Assembly: GCA_951406725.2 (NCBI GenBank)
Contig: OX597825.1
Span: forward strand, 69,316,001 to 69,380,000
DNA length: 64,000 bases
Source of the DNA: Octopus vulgaris
Lineage: Eukaryota
Reading direction: 5' to 3'
Shown piece by piece: positions 53,355 to 64,000 of the stretch. A program made the translations under genes and the position numbers. Position 1 is the first letter of the stretch, and each line of letters starts with the position of its first letter. The notes below the pieces were generated by a model. It saw nothing but the letters and a program-made list of their open reading frames with translations, ran no database searches and was not told the origin of the DNA.

Positions 53355-54983
53355 TACTCTGATACAGCACTCACAATCAATAATGATCGAGAGAAAGGCA
53401 GCGAGCTGGCAGAACCGTTAGCACGCTGGGCGAAATGCGTGGCCGTATTTCGTCTGCCGTTATGTTCTGAGTTTAAATTCCGCCGAGGTCGACTTTGCCT
53501 TTCATCCTTTCGGGGTCGATAAATTAAGTACCAGTTACGCACTGGGGTCGATGTAATCGACTTAATACCTATGTCTGTCCTTGTTTGTCCCCTCTATGTT
53601 TAGCCCCTTGTGGGTAATAAAGAAACAAATAATGATCGAGAAAATAAAGAGAGGGGGTTTATATGAAAAGCATATGTCATACAATGACCGTGGATTTTAA
53701 GCTAGTGTTGGTTTAATAAGTCAGCTCAGGATCCACAAAGAGAAAGAGTGCTAATCTGTTCATCTTAGATAGATGAACGTCATCCATAAAAAACGTACCC
53801 ATAAAAATACGGGATTATCACAAAGGATTTGTAAAACTTTTTGAAATTCGGTCTGGGAAATCAGATTGATGTCTAGAAGTTAAAAAGTGTAAGATAACAT
53901 ACAGAGTAACTTCAGCAATAGATTGGGGGTGGAGGGGGTTAACATCAGAATTATTTTTTCAGGTACGGTGATCAATAATCTTGAAAAGTCCACGAAAATG
54001 CCGCTTGTTTTTGTTTAATGAATAATTAAACAAATTACACATCACCCAAATTGGAACAGAAACTTGTTATTAAGATTTCAAAAATGTTCTATTCACATTC
54101 TCAACACGACACAAAACCTCCACCGCCTCAAAGATGTTATCACTCACAAACTCTGATACACACTAGATGAAATCACAAACTCGTTAACATTAGCAGATGA
54201 ACCGATACACACGTACACTCACATACACAAACGCGCATGCACACACATAGATACATACGCACATATACAAACATACACACACATATATGCATACATATAT
54301 ACTCTAATACAGCACTCAGAACCCATAATGATCGAGAAAATAAAGAGAGGGGCTTTACATGAAAAGCATGTGTCACACAATAACCGTGGATTTTAAGCTA
54401 GTGTTTGTTTAATAAGCAAGCCCAGGATCCACAAAGAGAAAAGGTGCTAATCTGTTCATCTTACATAGATGAACGCCATCCATAACAAACTTACTCACCC
54501 ATAAAAATACGGGATTATCACACAGGATTTGTAAAACTTATTGAAATTCGGTGTAGGAAATCCGATTGATATCTAGGAGGTAAAAAGTGCAAGATAACAT
54601 ACAGAGTAACTTCAGAAATAGATTGGAGTGGAGGGGGTTAACATAAGAATTGTGTTTTCAGGTACGGTGATCAATAATCTCGAAAAGTCCACGAAAATGC
54701 CGCTTGTTTTTGTTTAATGAATAATTAAACAAATTACACATCACCCAAATTGAAACAGAAACTTGTTATTAAGATTTCAAAATGTGTTCTATTCACATTC
54801 TCAACACGACACAAAACCTCCACCTCTACAAAGATGTTATCACTCACAAACTCAGATACACACTAGATGAGATCACAAACTTGTTAACATTAGCAGATGA
54901 ACCGATACACACGTACACTCACATACACAAACGAGCATACGCACACATATAGATACATACGTACACACACATATGCATACATA
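53355..54983 (+). repeat. Tandem duplication of ~690 bp (53355-54299 including a SINE; 54300-54983)
   Basis: Colinear, highly similar copies. Confidence 0.95.
53393..53627 (+). mobile_element. SINE family A, full length
   Basis: Exact 14-bp TSD aataatgatcgaga at 53379-53392 and 53628-53641. Confidence 0.95.
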
Positions 54984-55483
54984 AATACACAGAGACACTA
55001 ATTATGGATTCTTAAATAAATTAAAACAATTTGCACAAAGGAAGAGGGATGCTTGTAACGAAATAGAAAGTGAAACAAGACTATTTTGCAAATTTTCTTT
55101 TCGTTTCAAGTATTGAAGAATCAGAATAAAGAATAAAGAAGCACGTATTGCTGTGGTGTCAGTTAATTGCTTCCGTTGGCAATCACATGCATCTTGGTTC
55201 GGTTTCACTGCATGATAACCTCTCCAAGTACGTCTAACTCTAACTTCAAATTACACATCTTATGAATGCAATGCGCCTGGCGGAAAATAATACATACACC
55301 TAATATTTATAAGTGTGCGTGTGTGTGTAAAACCATGATTATAGAGGTCGCTACAATAAATACTAGGAAGGATATGATCGATAAATCTAGTAGAATAATC
55401 AAACAAATATATTAAAAAGAATGTATGTTTCTATTACCAGAATGAGTCAAACATTACGTTATTGCTGAGAAACCGACGTTTAC

Positions 55484-55566
<83 letters not shown>

Positions 55567-55679
55567 CATCCATCCATCCATCCATCCATCCATCCATCTG
55601 TATACATACATATATATACATATACATATATGCATACTTATATTTATACAGACACATACAAACACACATAAAACCACCA

Positions 55680-55732
<53 letters not shown>

Positions 55733-58399
55733 TCTCACACACACGTACATATATATGTAATATATATATATTTGTGCGTGTGTGAAAGTGTGAAAATAGA
55801 CAATCACATAGTAGTAGAAAATAGAATACCCCCCCGACACACACATGAAAGGGTTTTATATCCGGCCACACGTTGGTATATATATATATAAATTATGCAG
55901 TGGAGGTTTAATCAATGTGTTCACACAAACTTCGCGAGAATACCAAAACGCCGTGTCAACTACTCCTACCGACCTCTACTCCTTATAAGAGTTCAGCTAG
56001 TTCATTCTTTCACCCCCCCCCCAGGGATATCAAGGACTCTTGCCACAACTTATTCCACTTTGAGATTGACTTCCGTTGGAAGTTAATATTACTATTTTTA
56101 TTTATTTTTCTTTCATCATATCTCACTTTTTGAGATTTTCCTCCTTGGGAAGTATCATATTTCTTCCTTTAGGCACTACATCCAACCGTACTGTTTCATT
56201 CCTCTCTCTTGTGCTGCTACGACTCGGTTTGATTTCTTGTGGCGTTCGAACATCAAAGGTGTCATAGAACACTTCAATGAGTATCTCTTTTCTTTTTTCA
56301 GTCTATTTTCTAGCTAGTTTAAATGCCTTTTGTGTTCTAATTTTTCGCTTCTTATCATATATGTCATTTTGCCTATTCTTTCTGTTACTACTCAGTCTTC
56401 CCAACCTTGTCTTCTATTTTTATATATTAGAAAAAAAAAACATCTTTACACCGATATTAAAAAACTACATTGCTAGAAATAAGAGCTAAAAGGTTCTAAT
56501 GTTGTAGGAAACACGCACGTGAATGAAAACATACACTAGCTGGGACCTGAATCGTCCGAAAAATGCCGATTAAGAATTTTTTACACGAACGTCAGTTTAG
56601 GCAATTTCTTTTGCTTCATCAGTTAAGCCCGCTCGATCTTAGCCTTCCTCAGAAAGTTTCTCTATAATATATGTTTTTCTCATCCAAATTTATGGATGAT
56701 TTAGCGATTCGTTAATGTGTATACATGAAATTAATACACATAGCGGTTTAATCGAATTGATATCGAATTGATATTATGGTAGAAGACACTTAAGTATCAC
56801 GTTCGATTCGAACCCGCATATCGTACTTATAAGCGAATATCTTAACCTTACCACTGGCATTTACGCGCTCCAAACCACGAAGCCACCCCTGCTGAAATAA
56901 CATAAAATGACATAACCTAATTTAAGATTTGGCTGAGAAATTAACGCTGATTTTCTTCATACATTGTTCTTATGATTTAATTCTCGCTATGTTACGTGCT
57001 TCCATTTTAATTGCGTAGTTATTTAATTAATTAATTAATTAATTAATTAAGAGTAAAGTTAAGAAAATTTCCATGCCTTAAAGATTATACTAATGTCGCC
57101 ATACAATTAATGAGTTAACGCGCCACTAAGAAATTAAGAAAACGTAATTGTTATATAAGCGGACAAGTCGCCATACATAAACATCTGTTTCGAACATCCT
57201 TCTGTTTGTTACTGCTTCATTTATACACAAATTGGCAATAATAAGAATAATTACAATGTATTAAACTGACAACAACATGTACAATGTTATAGTAATACTT
57301 AGAGCTTGTATAGAAGCAGTCTTGTTTAAATATGGACCAAATAAGCATTGCAATTAGGAGATCAATGATATGATTAAATCGACATAAGATACCAGTGGAA
57401 TGAAAGTAGGACCTCAATTTTGTCAATTATACCTTGGCTCTCTGTTTGGTTATAAATATCTAGTTTTCGTGAAGGACATTGCATAGAAAATTTTGTATTG
57501 GTTGATCATGCAAGGGCTAGGGAACAGTGGGTGCAATAGGTGCATGTGCTCCACCCCCCACTACTAAAATTTAGCGGGCTGCAATTAAAACGCTTTGAAC
57601 ATTCTCCTGCAAAAAGGTCATCGCCAAAACGACCGTGTGCAGAAGTATTGTGGACTGATTTGAAACATTACTTTTGCCTTGTTGCATATATCTGATTTGA
57701 TTGATACACAAATAAAATATAAATTATTATCATGCTTGTTTTGAAACTGTGATTACACCTGTGTTTGCACCCGCTGAGCAAATTTCGTTTCCACACTCAC
57801 TCGGTCAGAAGAGAAGGTAGAGCTCACGACTCTTCCCTTCGGGACATTTGAGACAGAAAGAGCGAGGTGAGAGGTTATTCACAATCCTTAGTCCTGTTCA
57901 GCATTAATGCTGCAGAAGTGTATACAGAGAACATGCGTTGGTATGTGACGTAACTAAACCAGAATAAAATATGCGCTCCAAGCGCAAAATCAATCTGAAC
58001 ATCACAATGAATGAAGACATTTAGATTTCACATTTTACAGATGAAGAGACGTGCAGAGCCTAGTGTTCACATGACAATTGGCAAAAGAAGATAAAAAATG
58101 ATACAGTCATAATGTGACTGGTGGAATTCATTTAATCAAGTATCGCTAGCAAACTATTTTAATTAGTTGAATTCACGCTGGTTTCATTTACTCAGCTTAA
58201 AATAAGCACCAGACTAGAACATATTCTGCCCTCTTCTCAGTTTCCGCTGTCAAATCCTTGATGTTCCTTTGATTCATATGGTGAAAGGCCTGAGAAGGTT
58301 TGTATGTATGCGTGGAACTACATGGTCATTATTACGATATCTTATCTGATGCAGCCTGTTGTTGGGGCACCACACTAGAAGCATTTACAGTCAGGCGTC

Positions 58400-58900
58400 A
58401 TCACTGGTGTCTGTTCTGTATTATTCGTAATAGAGCTGAAGCATTGTAAGCTGCTTCCCTGCGTGTCTTACCCCATCCATGAACTGTACCCTAAAGAATG
58501 GTTTCGGCCAAAATCTTGTAGGGGGATACGTAACCATGCCAGGCAAGCTTTTCCATCTTCTCAAAGAGTAGTTTCCTTCTGCCAGCGTATTCTTCGAATT
58601 GCTGCCAGACAAATCTGTTCGTGTTATTGCTCTGTGGGATATGTACCTGTCCTGGATTCTTCGCACCATGTCGGCTGGACATGCCTAACTCTCACACCTA
58701 TAGAGATGGATGCAAGTCACCACGGATTTATGCATTCAGAGACTTGCTGGAAAATTACTGGAACTGCTTTTACATATGGAAATACATAGGGACCAAAAAG
58801 GATTGTTTAACGATAGCATGATAGCGTGGTGCATGATGCTAGGTCATACTCACATGCGATTGAGAGTTATGGTTAAAGCTGACAGCCATGGCTAAAGTAC
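58400..58900 (-). pseudogene. RTE-clade LINE ORF C-terminal relic
   Basis: YRCES*ACPADMVRRIQ (cf. YGCESWTL..DLERRIQ), TNRFVWQQ, KLAWHGYVS...LAETIL*GTVHG (cf. KLAWFGHV...LAKTILQGTV.G). Confidence 0.72.
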
Positions 58901-60994
58901 ATTCTAGTGTGAGGTGCATCTATCGTAAATTATGAACTGCTATGGTGATAAATCGGTGTTTATTATAATTGAAATTTTCCCTTAAATCAATAAAATGGAC
59001 ATTATAGGAAAATTTCAACGCAAATTATTCCCGACGGACAGAAAATATAATATTCTCTAAAATGCTAGGAACTAAATCTTTATTCATTCACGTCACTTGA
59101 TGAAGGAATGGGATTTCAATAAAATGCGCACTCACTCGAATAGCAAATCTTTACATGTTTCTATTGACGTTTCAAAAGTACAATGAAAAATATTGTGCAT
59201 TTCCCAATTCTATCATAAAGAGAAACGAAGCAAAGCATAGATTTGACGGTAATATTTCCCAGTAAATCATAAATCGGAGAATCCTTTGTGCGAATTTCTA
59301 ACATGTTTTACCAAAATAACAGTAATATGCTATTGTGGTTGCGTTTCTTGTTTCGCATGAAGTAGACCCAATTGATCATAGTTTTCAGGAAAATGGATTC
59401 ATTCTCTGCCAGATTCTTCCGTTTTTTTTTTGTACAGAAATTATTCCCGGTTGGCTATATTATGTATCCAATGTGCCTCCTTTATTTAAAATTTGAGATC
59501 GTATATTTTGGAGTAGAATAGCTGTTATTTCTGTTATGTCGCTACGGGTATGTATTATTGGTGTTGTTTCTCAGCACATTGGCTTGATCATTTACTTACC
59601 ATGGTCTTACCACATTTACTTACCACGAGTCAAGCTGCTCTTTTCGACACTTTTGATGTTGTTGTTCCTATTTTAATCCAGACTCAATGGACATACTTAG
59701 GATCAAATCCATTGCAACTGTGACCACGTACTCGTATTTTTTCTAAACAGAGAATCAATGGTTACAATACCTGACGTAGACTTCCTGTCTGGTGATTGAA
59801 TATGTATCAAGCACATAAAGTCTCATTCAGTGCCTCTCCATAGTAACGCAATAGGAATGTCCTAATGACGCCATGGCAACATTAACATATCTCATTAAAT
59901 TAATGTCCCCTTGCAATAATTATTTCTTGATCTCATTAAAGACGTGACATTTATAGCAAGTGTGGACAAGGAAACATGCCGATATGCAATTGAATGGGGT
60001 GGGGTGGTGTGGGGGCAGGTTAAGAAAGATGACAGATAAAGGGGAAGAATAAGAAGAAAGGGGATTCTTGTATCGATCTGGGAGCTTGATAACAGTGGTT
60101 TGTTGATCATAAAATTAGAAAACAAATTACGTTTGGTATTCCTTCCCTCAGATTTTCACTTAACTGTCTCTATGCGATTAGGTGAATTCCGCTGAGATGA
60201 TTAAGAAAAATGCATTATTTTCTTTTCTTCAGATTCAGTTATTAAGTATCAGGGGATAAACACCAATATCATAGCTGAGTCGACTTACGAGATTACAAAC
60301 GAAAATTCTGAACAAATTGCAAATCGTATTTAATTAAAAGTTAACACTCAATAAGCTGAACACAAATTTAAACGCCACTGACCAATACGATGAAGTTTTA
60401 ATTGGTATCGTCATTTGCAGTCGCTGACAATAGGAATGTGGTTGATTCTTCTAATATCTCTCGAGAATGTTTAAGACAGTAGGCTGTTGTATTCTTTTTA
60501 ATAATATAGAAGACGTGGTTAGTGAAAGCGGAAGACACTTCTCAAAGCATAGTGTTACAAATTTAAGCGAACGGAAGACAAACAGAGATGGATATAGTGA
60601 GACGTATACAAGATTCAATCAGGCAGATTTAAATGTTTGCACACAACGGATGAAAGCCAACGTTCCCCTCAGTGGATTTAGAAATAAGAGCGCAGTTAGT
60701 CGGAAACATACCGCAGTGTATTATATTCAAATCTATCTAAACATACACACACATACATACAAACATAGTCACACGTGCGTGTATATATAGGCAAAGAGTC
60801 TTTGCGTATCTATTTTCGGTGTGCAGAATAAATATATCCCCAAATATAATTTCATGTATATATATTATTCTTTATTCTAGAGAATAAATTCGTAGCAGTT
60901 GATTAAATAACATGTTGTGTGTGTGTGCGTGTGTGTATGTATAATCAAAAATACACATTAAGTACAGGATATCACCAGGATACTTGGGTGAAGA

Positions 60995-61320
60995 TTCAAC
61001 ATCGTGTATCAATGCACCGTTCACAACATAGTAAATAAATTCCTATATCTACTATATTGGGTCTACAACAAGTTTTAAACAGAGATATTATGCACATTTA
61101 GATACGTTTAAATATAAAGAAAACAGTAATTTCACATCACTAGCCAGTCACGTACACCTAATTAATAGAAAAATACAATATAAAATTTCATGGGCTATAA
61201 CAGACTCAGGTGTCCCGTATCAGGGCCAACACTCTGTTCGTGGATTTTACTTAAAAGAAGCCCACAACGAGGCCTTCACAGCGTGTAAGCATAAATTGTT
61301 CCGCACTTATAAACCCCTAC
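60995..61320 (+). pseudogene. GIY-YIG endonuclease domain of a Penelope-like element
   Basis: NIVYQCTV, frameshift, then YYIGSTTSFKQRYYAHLDTFK...TSLASHVH...YKISW...PY...LKEA..EAFTACKHK (YIG at 61053-61061). Confidence 0.88.
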
Positions 61321-62126
61321 GATCACATACCCATCTATATCTCTATATCTCTTGTATCTACCTTATCTCTCATATCTCTTTTATCTACCTTACCTCATCG
61401 ATTTATGTGGTAAATATTACTTCTTTATCTTTAATATCTTTTCAAACCTTAACCCAATAAACCCCCTAATATTTAATTCCAACTCCTACTCCTAAATAAT
61501 TTAACATTCAACTAGTTCCTCCATTTTCGACTACCAACACACCCATAACCCCTTTGCTAAATATAACTTTACAGCCACTGGCCTTAGCCAGAATGGATAC
61601 AACTATTTACTACTAGATTTCCTCTCCAACCCCTATAGAATAGAAGAATACCACTGACACCTACTACTCTCTTTAAATTCCTTTCATTTTGCTCTATTCT
61701 GTTTATTTTTTTACGTTATCTTCCACTACCTCCTCATCCTCTCTCTTATCCTCTCAGCTACCCTTGTACACCATATCATTAGACACTATATGCTTATATA
61801 TCTTAATTTATCCTAAAGCCAATCCCCCTATGGCCCCCTCATTCTACCTCCCTTTGTATTTATTTACTTTTCTTTCCTTTTACCACTTAATGGCAACCTC
61901 CGCTACCATTCTGTTATTGAACGTTGATATGTTCGCGTCTTTTTCCTGGATGTTTACAATATCAGGACTTTCACCACCTGGATCTTTTTACAACATCGGA
62001 AAGCTTATCTGTGAACTTTTATGCTTTTTATGCTTTTTTCTTCTGTCTCTTAATCTTATTATTTTACTCCTGTCCTCTATGTAGTCATTTCATTAATCTA
62101 TACCCTTCTCCTTTTCCCTATTTGTT

Positions 62127-62180
62127 TCTCTGATGACGGAATATTCCATAATCTGAGATATCCCAGAAACACCTGTTAGA
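62127..62180 (+). ncRNA. Hammerhead ribozyme motif, slightly decayed
   Basis: tct-CUGAUGA-c-ggaatatt...gatatccc-a-GAAA-c-acct-GUU-aga; same architecture as 46621-46672. Confidence 0.68.
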
Positions 62181-62399
62181 CTTTGAATTTTTTTTCCAAT
62201 AATAATAACGTATATGACTTGAAATGTCTGCCTCGCCTAAACATTTGTTGTCCTTTTTAACAATCATATGCCCGCTTTATCAGAAATCTGCAATGACTCA
62301 TAACTACCGTCTTGGTTACGACCTAGGAACCCCAGTAATCCGTTACAGCACTTACCTAGCGTACCTAAACGCTTAGATCACCTAGGAACTAAACTCCCA

Positions 62400-62443
<44 letters not shown>

Positions 62444-62447
<4 letters not shown>

Positions 62448-62548
62448 CATAAGGGACTAAAGCCATCTGAATATAGCTAGGGACAGGGCAATCTGTTCGA
62501 CTGCCCTGTCCCTAGCCATATTCAGATGGCTTTAGTCCCTTATGTTAT
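62444..62548. repeat. Near-perfect hairpin (47-bp arms, 11-nt loop) within a 62444-62591 insert in (TA)n
   Basis: ataacataagggactaaagccatctgaatatagctagggacagggca / tgccctgtccctagccatattcagatggctttagtcccttatgttat, one mismatch. Confidence 0.93.
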
Positions 62549-62590
62549 GGAGCAGTTACTGTCTATATCTCATTTAGAGAATTATTATTG

Positions 62591-62746
<156 letters not shown>

Positions 62747-63056
62747 CGCACACACACATATATATAAATACACACATTCACGCACATTTACATATATACA
62801 CATGTTAAAGAAATACATGAAAAGATAAATCAAAATGACTTTTAAAAATGTAGCACAAATTAATAAAAAGTATACACAAAAGAAAATATAACGCTGCTGT
62901 CTATACAACAGGGGTAACAAGAGAAATTATGAGACGTATGTATTACATAATACAGTATTTCGCAGTTTTGTTATCTATTGATATTACGTGGAATTCTCGT
63001 TGTATTAAGCTTTATAGTATTTCGTTTTGTAATATGGGTTTCTGAAACCGCAATAT

Positions 63057-63441
63057 GGAAGCACTCCGTCGGTTACGACGACGAGGGTTCCGGTTGATCT
63101 GATCAACGGAACAGCCTGCTCGTAAAATTAACGTGTAAGTGGCTGAGCACTCCACAGACACGTGTACCCTTAACGTAGTTCTCGGGGATATTCAGCGTGA
63201 CACAGAGAGTGATAAGGCCGGTCCTTTGAAATACAAGGTACAACAGAAACAGGAAGTAAGAGTGAGAGAAAGTTGTGGTGAAAGAGTACAGCAGGGATCA
63301 CCACCATCCCCTGCCGGAGCTTCGTGGAGCTTTTAGGTGTTTTCGCTCAATAAACACTCACAACGCCCGGTCTGGGAGTCGAAACCGCGATCCTACGACC
63401 GCGAGTCCGCTGCCCTAACCACTTGGCCATTGCACCTCCAC
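63057..63441 (-). mobile_element. tRNA-derived SINE family C, full length
   Basis: Minus head gtggaggtgcaaTGGCCAAGTGGttaggg...GTTTCGACTcc; exact 11-bp TSD aaccgcaatat at 63046-63056 and 63442-63452. Confidence 0.94.
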
Positions 63442-64000
63442 AACCGCAATATACTATAGCATTTCTTTCATTGTTTCCATATCAAGGCGTTATAATTGAA
63501 AAAAGACTTTATTGATAAAACCTACAAACACACTCACCAGTTGTTGCTTGTCTGTATTTCTGTACTCTTTATTCTTTCGAAACAATTGATAGTTGTTTCC
63601 GTTCCCAATCATAGTTTTCGTTTTCACAATCTTTAGCTTTCTCGAAGGACGGTTAACGATATTGATGAAACCACAATGTTTTACATCTAAATTCTAGCAA
63701 CATAAATTCAAATACTTTTTTTTTTGTCTTTTATTACTTACATCTTTTATTAATTGAACTGAGGCTGTGTGGTGTGTGTGTGGGGGTCACCACCTCCAAG
63801 GGTTTTACCCGAACAAAGAGATACCAGTTCGTATCTCTTAAGCCTGATATTTATTCAATCGGCCTCTTACGCTGAAACGATAACTTGCAGGCGCAAAAGC
63901 AAGTCTACACCGTTTTCAAGTGTTATATATATATATGTATGTATGTATATATACCATCAATTTCGACCTGCAAAGATACCCGTGACTGTAACATCTACAC

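Larger units (their letters stand above)
60995..62402 (+). mobile_element. 5'-truncated Penelope-like element (endonuclease, pyrimidine-rich 3' UTR, hammerhead) ending at (TA)n
   Basis: GIY-YIG relic, about 800 bp CT-rich UTR, HHR at 62127-62180, then (TA)n. Confidence 0.82.

Noticed and set aside
57511-57801. hAT-like MITE ends
   Set aside because: Terminal repeats too degenerate and no TSD found.
57840-58050. Possible + strand RT motif remnants (FETER..VRG...LF.I; FTDE)
   Set aside because: Similarity too weak to call by eye.
60989-60991. In-frame TGA before the GIY-YIG NIVY motif as selenocysteine
   Set aside because: Decayed, 5'-truncated copy; the position is not clearly a conserved Cys and no SECIS was identified.
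63380-63441. tRNA gene
   Set aside because: A and B boxes belong to a SINE head that continues into the SINE body and is bounded by TSDs.

Overview
AT-rich eukaryotic non-coding DNA dominated by microsatellites and transposable elements. The SINE and repeat repertoire looks like an octopus (coleoid cephalopod) genome; this is an inference from recalled repeat families, not a database match. No host protein-coding exon could be supported, and nearly all long ORFs in the track are microsatellite read-through. Recognisable content: four tRNA-derived SINE families (labelled A-D here, several with exact target-site duplications, TSDs), decayed Tc1/mariner elements including a full-length mariner with terminal inverted repeats (TIRs), a Tc2/pogo-type MITE, a non-autonomous Helitron, CR1-type and RTE-type LINE fragments, and two Penelope-like element (PLE) relics (an RT region and a GIY-YIG region). 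The most striking signal is about ten hammerhead-ribozyme (HHR) motifs, intact to degenerate, from several distinct families. Most lie in short elements inserted in (TA)n tracts, and two of these elements are long palindromes; the best is a ~430-bp palindrome with an intact hammerhead core on each strand. Also present: SINE/LINE shared 3' tails with stem covariation, nested insertions, and local duplications, one preserving the empty site of a SINE insertion.
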